A DNA stretch of 63,382 bases, counting the filler. It is 3 parts of 3 records of this genome, joined end to end, with 100 filler letters (N's around TTAATTAATTAA, not from the genome) between each part and the next. Parts side by side here need not be neighbours in the genome. Positions count along the whole stretch, not along the records: positions 1 to 30,372 come from DRR378314_118; 2 more parts are not named here. One strand, written 5' to 3'. This document shows positions 18,112 to 27,067 of the stretch, piece by piece. A program made the translations under genes and the position numbers. Below the pieces are notes generated by a model. The model worked only from the letters and a program-made list of their open reading frames with translations, was not told the origin of the DNA and did not search any database. Position 1 is the first letter of the stretch, and each line of letters begins with the position of its first letter.

Positions 18112-19092
18112 ATGATCCGCATTGGCATCCTCGGCGCCGCCAAGATCGCCCCCAAGGCTATCATCGACCCAGCCTCGTCTCGCGACGATTGCAAGATCCA
18201 CGCGGTCGCTGCACGAGATGGCGAAAAGGCCCGCGCCTATGCGCAGGAACACGGTATAGAGCATGTCGAAACCGACTATGACGCACTGGTCCGCCGCGAT
18301 GATCTGGACCTGATTTACAATGCCCTGCCGCCCCATCGACATGCAGACTTGTCCATTGCAGCGCTGGAAGCCGGCAAGGCTGTCTTGTGCGAAAAGCCTT
18401 TCGCGATGAATTCAGTCGAAGCGGCGCGCATGGTCGAAGCCGCGCACAAGGCGGGCAAACCCCTGATCGAGGCCTTTCACTATCGCTTCCATCCCGCTTT
18501 CCAGCGTGTGATGGACATCGTGGCAAGCGGCGAGCTTGGCGACATCAAGACCATGCGCGCGGTGTTCAATGTGACCATACCCTATCACGAGGGAGAGTTG
18601 CGCCACACACTGTCTGTCGGCGGCGGCGCGATGATGGATTTGGGCTGCTACTCGCTGCATATGGTCCGAACGCTTGCCGGGGCTGAACCGGAAATCCTGT
18701 CGGCTGAAGCCGCCTGCGACCGCCCCGGTGTTGATCTCAGCATGCAGGCCAATCTCGGCTTCGCCAGCGGCGCATCTGCGAGCATCGAATGCAGCATGGC
18801 GGACGGTATTGACCGCAACATCGCCCTGGAAATTGACGGCAAGGATGGCAGTCTCGCCTTTCTGAACCCGGTCCACCCGTACCGGGGGCACCAGATCCGT
18901 GTTCGCCGTCGTGGCGAGGAAGCCACTGAAACCGTTGATGGCAAGATCACCTATGAGCACCAGCTGGATCATGTGATGGACGTGCTGGCGGGACGCGCAG
19001 CTGCGTTGACCGGCGGCGCCGATGCCCTAGCAAACATGGCCGCCATTGACGCGATCTATACGGCGGCGGGCCTCTCCCCTCGCGGGCTCTGA
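18112..19092 (+). CDS. Gfo/Idh/MocA oxidoreductase
   Basis: IRIGILGAAKIA, LCEKPF and GGGAMMDLGCY. Confidence 0.93.
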   Translation: MIRIGILGAAKIAPKAIIDPASSRDDCKIHAVAARDGEKARAYAQEHGIEHVETDYDALVRRDDLDLIYNALPPHRHADLSIAALEAGKAVLCEKPFAMNSVEAARMVEAAHKAGKPLIEAFHYRFHPAFQRVMDIVASGELGDIKTMRAVFNVTIPYHEGELRHTLSVGGGAMMDLGCYSLHMVRTLAGAEPEILSAEAACDRPGVDLSMQANLGFASGASASIECSMADGIDRNIALEIDGKDGSLAFLNPVHPYRGHQIRVRRRGEEATETVDGKITYEHQLDHVMDVLAGRAAALTGGADALANMAAIDAIYTAAGLSPRGL

Positions 19093-19130
19093 TACGCTTG
19101 TCAGCCGCTGGCGATTGATGGTAATCGACA

Positions 19131-19252
19131 GGCCTCACAACAGGCGCTGAGCGCGGTCGCGTCACGAAGACGAGGCAACCGCGGCGCAGGATAAGTCCTG
19201 TGTGTGCGCCGAGACCGGCACTCCCTCAGGACGTCAGAGCCAGGAGTGCCCC
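19131..19252 (+). promoter_or_regulatory. Structured 5' leader with an RBS-sequestering hairpin upstream of tnaA
   Basis: GGCACTCC (19217-19224) pairs with GGAGTGCC (19243-19250), covering the RBS. Additional stems lie upstream. Confidence 0.5.
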
Positions 19253-20617
19253 ATGAAGACCATCATCGAACCCTTCCGCATCAAATCGGTTGAACCGATC
19301 CGCATGACCACGCGCGAGGAGCGCGAACGACTGCTCGCTGAAGCGGGCTACAATCTGTTCAAGCTGCATTCGGACGATGTGCTGATTGACCTGCTGACCG
19401 ATAGCGGCACATCGGCCATGAGCGCAGCGCAATGGGGCGCGGTCATGACAGGCGACGAAAGCTATGCTGGCGCGCCGAGCTTTTACCGATTTGAATCGGC
19501 TGTACGTGACCTGATGGATTTCAAGCACATCATCCCGGCCCATCAGGGGCGCGCGGCAGAGCACCTGCTCTTCTCGCTGATCGCCAAAGCCGGTCATGTC
19601 ATTCCGTCCAATACGCATTTCGACACGACTCGCGGCAACATCGAAGCCGCTGGCGCAGAGGCGCTGGATCTGCCCATCGCAGAGGGCAAGATTCCGTCTC
19701 TCGAGCACCCCTTCAAAGGGAACATGGATCTTGAGGCCCTCGCCCGCCTGATGGACGAGCGAGGCGATGCCGTGCCCAGCGTGATGATGACGATCACCAA
19801 CAATGCCGGCGGCGGCCAGCCGGTCAGCCTCGCCAATATTCGCGGCGCGGCCGAGATTGCCCACGCGCATGGCAAGCCCTTCTTCATCGATGGCTGCCGT
19901 TTTGCCGAGAATGCCTGGTTCATCAAGCTGCGCGAGGATGGCCAGCAGGATCGCTCGATCAAGCAGATCGTGCGCGACACGTTTGACGTGGCCGACGGCA
20001 TGACGATGAGCGCCAAGAAGGATGCCTTCGCAAATATTGGTGGGTGGCTCGCGCTGAATGATGATGCGCTGGCCGAACAGGCACGCACACGCCTGATCCA
20101 GACCGAAGGCTTCCCCACCTATGGCGGCCTGGCCGGCCGCGACCTCGACGCCATCGCGCAGGGACTGACCGAGATCGTGGATGAGGACTATCTACGCTAC
20201 CGCGTGCGGACGAATGCCTATATCGCCGAACGGCTGGATGCGCTGGGCGTGCCGGTCATGAAGCCGGCGGGCGGGCATGCCGTGTTCGTCGATGCCCGCG
20301 AATGGCTTCCGCACATTCCGCCACTCGAATATCCGGGACATGCGCTTGCCTGCGCACTCTATGAAGAAGGCGGCATCCGCGGCTGCGAGATCGGCACGGT
20401 CATGTTCGGCCGCAAGCCGGACGGCAGCGAAGAACCGGCTCGGATGGACCTTGTCCGCCTGGCCATGCCCCGCCGTGTCTACACCCAGTCGCATGCGGAC
20501 TATATTGTCGAAGTGTTCGAGGAACTCGCCAAACGCAAGGACGAGATTCGCGGCCTGAAGATCGTGAAAGAACCGCCGATGATGCGCCACTTCACGGCGG
20601 AGTTTGTCACGCTCTAG
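19253..20617 (+). CDS. tnaA: Tryptophanase-type beta-eliminating lyase (PLP)
   Basis: EPFRIKSVE, IDLLTDSG, MSAKKD PLP lysine and EGFPTYGGLAGRD. The C-terminal RHFTA is TnaA-type (TPL has RFFTA). Confidence 0.85.
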   Translation: MKTIIEPFRIKSVEPIRMTTREERERLLAEAGYNLFKLHSDDVLIDLLTDSGTSAMSAAQWGAVMTGDESYAGAPSFYRFESAVRDLMDFKHIIPAHQGRAAEHLLFSLIAKAGHVIPSNTHFDTTRGNIEAAGAEALDLPIAEGKIPSLEHPFKGNMDLEALARLMDERGDAVPSVMMTITNNAGGGQPVSLANIRGAAEIAHAHGKPFFIDGCRFAENAWFIKLREDGQQDRSIKQIVRDTFDVADGMTMSAKKDAFANIGGWLALNDDALAEQARTRLIQTEGFPTYGGLAGRDLDAIAQGLTEIVDEDYLRYRVRTNAYIAERLDALGVPVMKPAGGHAVFVDAREWLPHIPPLEYPGHALACALYEEGGIRGCEIGTVMFGRKPDGSEEPARMDLVRLAMPRRVYTQSHADYIVEVFEELAKRKDEIRGLKIVKEPPMMRHFTAEFVTL

Positions 20618-22287
20618 CTGCCCGTCTTCGCCATATCGATCCATTGTTCGACTTCCTCTTCGGCGAGATAGTCGTCGTCGCGGATCACGCGGTCGCCCTG
20701 CGGCGTTTGCAGGAACTCGCTCGCCAGCATGAACAGGGTCCGCGCCGGCGCTTCGGCCAGTTCCTTGCGGTTGCGGATTCCCGCGCCGACAAGGATCTGG
20801 GCGTCATGCACACGCAGGCCCGGCACTTCCATCATCAGGATGGTCTGGTCTTTCCAGTCATTCAGCGTGTCTACGTCGATATAGGCGACGTCGACCTGGA
20901 AGACAGTTTCCTCAGTGTCGCAATCAAGCAGGTCGCCAACCGTTGTGATGCCTGCACGCCCAAGGCGTTTAGCGGTCTTCTTGCCGATGCTCGGCGCTTC
21001 CACGACGGCAGACTCCCGCGTGATGCGACTGCGGCGAGCAATGTCGCCGGACTCCTCGCCCAGGTCCTCTGGCGAGGCTTTTGCCGTGACGGGCTCAGGC
21101 TGGGCTTCGGTTGCAGGCTCAGGCTCGAACAGAACTTCCTCAGCCTTGGGAGGTGCCTCTTTCCGGGGGGCAGGCGTTTCTGCGGCTTCAACCGGCTCGT
21201 CTTCAACGATTTCCGGCTCGGCGACAGCCTCAACACTCGGTACTTCTTCTGCAGCGGTTTCGACCGTCTCTTCGGTCTCTGTTTCTTCCTCGGCAATCAG
21301 TTCGTTCAGCAGCCGCTCTTCCACGGCCTTGTTCTTCGAGCCGATCGGACCGATTTCCTGTTTGTCGAGCTGTTTAAGTGGCACGCGCAGAACCTGTTTG
21401 GCGTGCATCTTGCGGATTTCCTTGTCGTCGTCCGGCAGCGTACGGATCACTTTTCCGGTCTTCTGGAATTCCTTGTACATGCGCGTGACTGTGCGCTTGT
21501 CAGCGGCATCGGACAATTTCGCCGTGACCCAACGGATCGGAATGTCGAGAGTCTCGATATAGCCCTGCAGCGTCAAGTTGGTCTTCGGTGCGCTGACAGC
21601 CGCTTCCTCAATGGCGCGGGAAATAATCGCCCCGAAACCAGCCGTAGCATAAGCTACCAGCTCCACAATCGCATCGAACATGGTCTCGTCGAGCCCGGCG
21701 GGCGGATCCTTCACGCCGACGTCCAGATCATAATGATCAATGAAAGTCTGATAGTGCGGATGCGACAGGCGCGCGCCGTTGCGCACCATGTCCGCCACAA
21801 AACCTGCGCCCTCTGGCACCGGCACATCGGGATAGCCTAGCGTCTCTATGCGCGCGTCAATCTTGTCTCGAGACTTCGCAATACTCCATTCGACCGCGCG
21901 GTGCATTGTACCCTCTACTTCCGTCTGTCCCGTATGGAAGGGCTGAATCGGGTCGGCGTAATAATGGCTGAGCACGCCAAGCGCATAGGCGGCCTTGCTC
22001 CACTGCTTGCGGCGCAGATGATCAACGGCGGTGGCATACCATTCCATCGCCTTGCCCGGCGCGCCGCCCCACTCCCCTTCGGAAATGTGCAAGACGTGGT
22101 TCTTGAAATCCTTGAACTTGGAATCCGGCGCCTTGGCCCCTTCCAGCAGATGTTCGTGATGGACGAGGAACAAATCCTTCCACTTGTCCGCCTCATGCGA
22201 AGCGATCAGGGATAGCGCGTCCATCGCGATATAGTGATGCGTCGAGCGACACCGATGGCCGCGAATTACCCGTTCGAGCAGAGACAT
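20614..22287 (-). CDS. Zn-dependent phospholipase C/S1-P1-like domain + acidic linker + DUF4332 (HhH-like) fusion
   Basis: STHH..D, APD..F..H and LSHYYADPIQPFH. C-terminal PSIGKKTAKRLGRAGI and VPGLRVHDAQILVGAGI. Confidence 0.8.
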   Translation of the reverse strand: MSLLERVIRGHRCRSTHHYIAMDALSLIASHEADKWKDLFLVHHEHLLEGAKAPDSKFKDFKNHVLHISEGEWGGAPGKAMEWYATAVDHLRRKQWSKAAYALGVLSHYYADPIQPFHTGQTEVEGTMHRAVEWSIAKSRDKIDARIETLGYPDVPVPEGAGFVADMVRNGARLSHPHYQTFIDHYDLDVGVKDPPAGLDETMFDAIVELVAYATAGFGAIISRAIEEAAVSAPKTNLTLQGYIETLDIPIRWVTAKLSDAADKRTVTRMYKEFQKTGKVIRTLPDDDKEIRKMHAKQVLRVPLKQLDKQEIGPIGSKNKAVEERLLNELIAEEETETEETVETAAEEVPSVEAVAEPEIVEDEPVEAAETPAPRKEAPPKAEEVLFEPEPATEAQPEPVTAKASPEDLGEESGDIARRSRITRESAVVEAPSIGKKTAKRLGRAGITTVGDLLDCDTEETVFQVDVAYIDVDTLNDWKDQTILMMEVPGLRVHDAQILVGAGIRNRKELAEAPARTLFMLASEFLQTPQGDRVIRDDDYLAEEEVEQWIDMAKTGS

Positions 22288-22346
22288 CCGAGTCTCCCTT
22301 TCCCGCCTGATGCAAACTGGATCAGATGAGAAATGCCTAATGATAG

Positions 22347-22362
22347 TTACGCGATCATTAAC
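22347..22362. promoter_or_regulatory. Possible CtrA box upstream of the DUF4332 fusion gene
   Basis: TTAC-gcgatca-TTAAC, one mismatch from TTAA-N7-TTAAC. Confidence 0.4.
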
Positions 22363-22395
22363 CATTCGCGCAGGAGGGGAGTTTTGTTGGCTCGC

Positions 22396-23736
22396 CTACC
22401 GGACCGCAAAATCCGTCGGCTCGGTGCTTTTGCCTTTGGCGTCTTTCTCGCCTTTGGCCTGGCCGTGCTTGTTGGGGCCCATGAAGCCGAACAGGTGGCC
22501 ACCGACTTTGCGCATCTGGATCTCTTCCGATCCTTCGGTGATACGGTAGCGGCGATGGTGGCGGTAGATATGTTCGAACGGCTTGTGGCGGGAATAGCCC
22601 ATGCCGCCATGCACCTGCATCGCCCGGTCAGCCGCGTTGCAGCAGAGCCGGTTTGCCCGGTAGTTGCACATCGACACCTTGTCGGAGAGGTGGATCGCCA
22701 CTTCCGGCTTTGACATCTGGTCCATTTCCCACGCCGTCTTGAAGATCAGAAGGCGCAGCATTTCAGCCTCGGTGGCAAGTTCTACCAGCGGGAACTGGAT
22801 GGCCTGATTGGTGGCCAACGCCTTGCCGAATGGCTTGCGCTCGCGCGCGTACTGCACACTCTCATTGATACAATACATCGCCGCACCGACGGAGCTGGCC
22901 GCCTGGCGAATACGGTTTTCGTGGACGAAGTGCTGAGCCAGGGCCAGCCCGCCTTCCGGTGGGCCAAAGACCGCGTCTTCGGGCACCCAGACATCCTTGA
23001 TGGTCAGGCGCGGATGGTCCGTCGGCATATTGAACGTCCACATGTATTCTTCGATGATCACGCCCGGATCACGCGCCGGAACAAGCAGGCAGGTGATGCC
23101 CTTTGCATCGCCATCCTCACCGCTGGTCCGGCAGAACAGCATGATATGCGTCGCGACATGCATGCCGGTGATCCACATCTTCTCGCCATTGATCAGCCAG
23201 CCATCCTTGCCATCGCGCTTCTCACGCACGGCGCGCGTTTCCATATGGGTTGCGTCAGAGCCGTGGTCCGGCTCGGTCAATCCAAAACAGGCAAGGAATT
23301 TCCCGTTAAGCGCGTCCTCTGCCAGATGCTTCTGATCCGGACGGGCGAAATCCCGCAACATCAGGATCTGCGGGAAGTTGCCGACGATCGAATGCTCGTT
23401 CTGGAGATCATTGTGCAGGCCGAGCCCCTGTTTCGCAAAATGCTCACGGATAATGGCCATGCCGAGATTGGAGCCGTCCTGACCGCCAAATTCTTTCGGC
23501 AGAGCATAGCGCAGATGCCCTGCCTTGTCGGCGCGGCGCTTCGCTTCCCTGAGCAGCTCTTCCCATTCGGGGCGAGGCAGGCCGCCATTCTCGAAATCGG
23601 TGCGCGCCCACTCACGGCGATGGTCGAAGAAGCGGATATTGTCGTCTTGCTGCTCTAGCGGACGAATCTCGTCTTCGATGAACTGGTCCAGCACGTTCAG
23701 ATAGTCGGCAATGTCCTGCGGGATATTGAAATCCAT
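22396..23736 (-). CDS. Acyl-CoA dehydrogenase family protein
   Basis: FGLTEPDHGSDA, INGEKMWIT, RKPFGK..NQAIQF, QVHGGMG and RITEGSEEI. Confidence 0.95.
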   Translation of the reverse strand: MDFNIPQDIADYLNVLDQFIEDEIRPLEQQDDNIRFFDHRREWARTDFENGGLPRPEWEELLREAKRRADKAGHLRYALPKEFGGQDGSNLGMAIIREHFAKQGLGLHNDLQNEHSIVGNFPQILMLRDFARPDQKHLAEDALNGKFLACFGLTEPDHGSDATHMETRAVREKRDGKDGWLINGEKMWITGMHVATHIMLFCRTSGEDGDAKGITCLLVPARDPGVIIEEYMWTFNMPTDHPRLTIKDVWVPEDAVFGPPEGGLALAQHFVHENRIRQAASSVGAAMYCINESVQYARERKPFGKALATNQAIQFPLVELATEAEMLRLLIFKTAWEMDQMSKPEVAIHLSDKVSMCNYRANRLCCNAADRAMQVHGGMGYSRHKPFEHIYRHHRRYRITEGSEEIQMRKVGGHLFGFMGPNKHGQAKGEKDAKGKSTEPTDFAVR

Positions 23737-23852
23737 GGGTCCGGTGTCCTCTCCTCGGCGGTCGCATTTGGCGATCTCGTTTCCACCAAAGAGAATAACG
23801 CGCCGATGCAGCACGGCAATTTGTGCCGCCGCGGCAGGAAAGACACAAAAAA

Positions 23853-23890
23853 ATAATCAATGAACAATTGACATTTTGTTCATTGATTAT
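23853..23890. promoter_or_regulatory. Perfect 15-bp inverted repeat (operator-like) around TTGACA
   Basis: ATAATCAATGAACAA-ttgacatt-TTGTTCATTGATTAT between the divergent acyl-CoA dehydrogenase and urcA-like genes. Confidence 0.7.
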
Positions 23891-23941
23891 AGTTTGGATA
23901 CACGGTCACCACCGGCCGCAACTGCAAGAAGGTTTCCTCCC

Positions 23942-24295
23942 ATGCCGTCTTCCCGTCTTTCCCTGCTTACGACCGCTGCGCTTCTGGCCGGCATTGCCTG
24001 GGCCGCGCCTGCAATGGCCGATCCGGCACAGTCCGTTTCAGCTGAAATCCAGTATGATAACAGCGCACTGCATACGCGACTCGGCGCGGCCTCCGTCCTT
24101 GATTCCGTTGAGGATCAGGCTGTTTCCCTGTGTCGCTATGAGTTGCCGGTGTCGAGCGCACCGCGCGTCGATGATCGCTGTGTGTCGCGCGTTGTCGCCG
24201 AGGCTGTGAACAAGATCGACCACCCCAGCCTGACCGCCGCCTACATGTCCAAGTCAGACCTCGCTCCGCGCTTGGTCGCGGAGATTGACGACTAG
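23942..24295 (+). CDS. UrcA-family periplasmic protein
   Basis: Signal peptide, and Y..L.T..GA..V...V...A..LC....C...V..AV..I..P.L pattern with two Cys. Confidence 0.7.
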   Translation: MPSSRLSLLTTAALLAGIAWAAPAMADPAQSVSAEIQYDNSALHTRLGAASVLDSVEDQAVSLCRYELPVSSAPRVDDRCVSRVVAEAVNKIDHPSLTAAYMSKSDLAPRLVAEIDD

Positions 24296-24410
24296 CTGAA
24301 CCAAGGAAGGCTGAATGATTGACGTTTTCGTCAGCAATCGCTATGGGGATGGTACGGACACTTAGGGTCCGGCACCGTTTCCAACGTCCACGTACCGAAA
24401 GGTCTCTCCC

Positions 24411-24704
24411 ATGATCCGTTCAGCTCTGACAGCAGCCGCTTTCCTCGCACTCAGCGCGCCCGCGTTTGCCACCACGTTCACCTTCGAAACCGCCGAACCG
24501 GTGGAAGACGGCCAAGTCGTTGCCATCGGCACCGTATGGCTGTGCGAAGGCACCGTCTGCAAAGGCGACCTCGACCGCAAGAAAGCCTCTGTTCGCGACT
24601 GCAAGAAAATCGCCAAGAAAGCTGGCGTGATCCTTTCCTACGGTAACGACAATTCTGAATTGGAAGCTGACGACATCGAGTCGTGCAAGAAATCTGCACG
24701 CTAA
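24411..24704 (+). CDS. Small exported 4-Cys protein (CC_3452-like)
   Basis: Signal peptide, VW.CEG.VC, DCKKIAKKAG.I.SY and L.ADDIESC. Confidence 0.7.
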   Translation: MIRSALTAAAFLALSAPAFATTFTFETAEPVEDGQVVAIGTVWLCEGTVCKGDLDRKKASVRDCKKIAKKAGVILSYGNDNSELEADDIESCKKSAR

Positions 24705-24735
24705 CGCGTCAGACTGACTAGCAGTCCTCTCCTCG

Positions 24736-24772
24736 GGCCGCTCTGGCGTTTCGCCGGGCGGCCATTTTTTTG
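24736..24772 (+). terminator. Intrinsic terminator
   Basis: GGCCGCTCTGGCG-TTT-CGCCGGGCGGCC-ATTTTTTT. Confidence 0.8.
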
Positions 24773-24779
24773 GGTCTTG

Positions 24780-24804
24780 AGAACCGATCCCGTGCTTGCG
24801 CGTT
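24780..24804 (+). promoter_or_regulatory. Putative EcfG/sigmaT promoter upstream of the exoD-like gene
   Basis: AGAAC-cgatcccgtgcttgcg(16)-CGTT. Confidence 0.5.
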
Positions 24805-24828
24805 GAGCCTGCAAGCATGAGGAAGGAC

Positions 24829-25440
24829 ATGACGGCATCACAAAGCGACCCACTCGAAAACGTTCTCGAAACCGCCATTGAAGAAGGCGATGATGGCGAA
24901 GTTTCCATTGGCGACCTGCTCGACATGTTCGGGCAGCGCTCTTTCGGACCCATCATCACACTGCTTGGCCTACTCGTCGTCCTACCCCCGCTTGGCGGGA
25001 TTCCGGGCCTGCCGGCGATTGTCGGTTTCGTGATTCTTCTTTTCAGTCTGCAGATCCTGTTCGGCGCCAGTCATATCTGGATGCCCTCTTTCATCCAGAA
25101 CCAGTCCATTGAAACCGAGAAACTTGAACAGGCCGAAGACCGCGTGAAGCCGTGGCTGAAACGTGTGGACCGGATGATTACGGAACGACTTTCCTGGGCG
25201 ACCGGAAAAACGGCGACGTATCTGGCCGCAATTGCCGTCTCTGTTCTGGCGATCCTGATGATCCCGCTTGAACTGGTGCCGTTCGCCGTAGCGGCGCCGG
25301 GCGTCGCGATTACCCTGTTTGGCCTAGGCCTCGTCGCGCGCGATGGCGCGGTGATGCTGGCCGGATTTGCCGCCACGACGGCTGCGCTGACCATCACGCT
25401 ATTGTTTGTACCCTGGGGCAAGGTTGCCGGCTGGTTCTGA
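24829..25440 (+). CDS. exoD: ExoD-family exopolysaccharide synthesis membrane protein
   Basis: VSIGDLLDMFGQRSFG, PLGGIPG, IWMP, and LGLVARDG. Confidence 0.88.
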   Translation: MTASQSDPLENVLETAIEEGDDGEVSIGDLLDMFGQRSFGPIITLLGLLVVLPPLGGIPGLPAIVGFVILLFSLQILFGASHIWMPSFIQNQSIETEKLEQAEDRVKPWLKRVDRMITERLSWATGKTATYLAAIAVSVLAILMIPLELVPFAVAAPGVAITLFGLGLVARDGAVMLAGFAATTAALTITLLFVPWGKVAGWF

Positions 25441-25444
25441 TGCG

Positions 25445-25843
25445 TCAGACTGCGGGCTCGGACTCGATTGGCTGCCACAGCTCGATCTTGCGGCCATCGG
25501 GATCCATCACCCAGGCAAACTTGCCATAGCTCTCGACCATTGGCTCTCCCTCCAGCGAAACGCCTTCTGCCCTGATCCGCTCGATCATGCCGTCCAGATC
25601 GTCCACCATCAGATTCATCATGAAGTCGCTATCGGATGGCTTGAAATAGTCGCTCTCTGCCTTGAAGGGCGCCCAGATCGTGCGGGCCCCTTGCGGGAAT
25701 TGCGCGGCAGCATCAGCCTGCGAAAAGCTGGATCCGCCATAATCATCAATCTCGATGCCCAGAACGCGCGTGTACCATGCGCGGGTTGCGTCCACGTCCT
25801 TGCAAAGAAAGAACAGCCCTCCGAGCCCGATCACTTTTGCCAT
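25445..25843 (-). CDS. VOC/glyoxalase-family protein
   Basis: MAKVIGLGGLFF..WYTRVLG..NLMVDDLD..YGKFAWVMDPDGRKIELWQP. Confidence 0.9.
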   Translation of the reverse strand: MAKVIGLGGLFFLCKDVDATRAWYTRVLGIEIDDYGGSSFSQADAAAQFPQGARTIWAPFKAESDYFKPSDSDFMMNLMVDDLDGMIERIRAEGVSLEGEPMVESYGKFAWVMDPDGRKIELWQPIESEPAV

Positions 25844-25952
25844 TGGTCCTTCCCCTCTCGATGTTTCCCGCCCACACGATACCCTGTTCCAAAACATATC
25901 CAAAACAGGTTCGCGGTGCGGGCGCAGGCATACTCCTGATAAGATAACTGAC

Positions 25953-26378
25953 ATGAGTGATTCTGATTCCCTGCCCGGCGCCGGTTGCGGCGCGGCCATT
26001 CGCGACGATTCAGGCCGCCTTCTCCTGATCCAGCGCCTGAAAGAGCCTGAAGCCGGAGCCTGGGGCCTGCCGGGCGGCAAGATCGATTTTGGCGAACGGG
26101 CAGAAGACACGGCGCGCCGGGAAATCGAGGAAGAACTCGGCATCCAGATCGAGCTGACCGGGCTTGCCTGTATTGCAGAGACCATCGACAAGGGCGATGG
26201 TCGGCACTGGGTCGCGCCGGTTTATTCTGCGCGGATTGTCTCCGGTGAACCACGCGTGATGGAGCCGGAAAAGCATGGCGGATGGGGCTGGTTTGCGCTG
26301 GATGAATTGCTAGATGATCTGACAACACCCGTGCGGGATTATCTCGCTGCGCTGGCAGCGCCTTCACTCACTGAGTAA
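25953..26378 (+). CDS. NUDIX hydrolase
   Basis: Nudix box GGKIDFGERAEDTARREIEEELG. Confidence 0.93.
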   Translation: MSDSDSLPGAGCGAAIRDDSGRLLLIQRLKEPEAGAWGLPGGKIDFGERAEDTARREIEEELGIQIELTGLACIAETIDKGDGRHWVAPVYSARIVSGEPRVMEPEKHGGWGWFALDELLDDLTTPVRDYLAALAAPSLTE

Positions 26379-26431
26379 CACTGCAAATATGGAGCAGATG
26401 TTGCACATCCGCTCTAGCGGCGGACAGCGAG

Positions 26432-27067
26432 TTGGTGATTATAGCCCTTGTGATTCACCGCATTCGAACCTTGTTGATCTGGCTGGTCGTAGCTGACCTT
26501 GTCGCGACGCTATTGTTCTGGGGCGTGACACGCCTTTCAGATGAAACCGGCAAGCTGTCTGGTGGACGGGGCATCATTTTCTATACTGACAATGCGGCCG
26601 ATGCGTCTGCCCGGATAGACAAGGGCGTCGCCCTTCTGAAGACCGAGAAGCTTGACCGGCTTCTCGTTGTCGGTGGGCACCGGCCACAGGAAGGCCGACT
26701 CGGCAGTCAGGAGATGGCATTGCTTGCCGCCCGGCGGTCTGGCCGTGCAGAAAAAGTCAGCGCAGATGTCGAAAGCCGCGACACGATTTCCGGCCTGGAA
26801 AACCTCGCCAACACGACCAGCACCGCAGAAAGCGGCAAGATCGTCTTCATCTCCAACTGCATGCACATCCTGCGCGCAAAGGCGGTTTATGCCAGCCATC
26901 CCGGCAATCAGGCAAAAGCATATGGTGCCTGCCCCAGAGGTGGGTTCAACCCGCTCGATATCTGGCGTCGCGCCCATTATGAAGCAGGCGCGTGGACTTT
27001 GTTCCTGATGCCGGAAAGCTGGCGCGATGCGATCATTGACCGACTACGCGGTGATGAAGACGCCTAG
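26432..27067 (+). CDS. YdcF/DUF218-like membrane-anchored protein
   Basis: N-terminal TM, RIDKGVAL..LLVVGG, ESRDT and ISNCMHILRA. Confidence 0.7.
   Translation: MVIIALVIHRIRTLLIWLVVADLVATLLFWGVTRLSDETGKLSGGRGIIFYTDNAADASARIDKGVALLKTEKLDRLLVVGGHRPQEGRLGSQEMALLAARRSGRAEKVSADVESRDTISGLENLANTTSTAESGKIVFISNCMHILRAKAVYASHPGNQAKAYGACPRGGFNPLDIWRRAHYEAGAWTLFLMPESWRDAIIDRLRGDEDA

Noticed and set aside
19118..19150. TnaC-like leader peptide (MVIDRPHNRR)
   Set aside because: No Trp, no terminal Pro-stop and no clear RBS.
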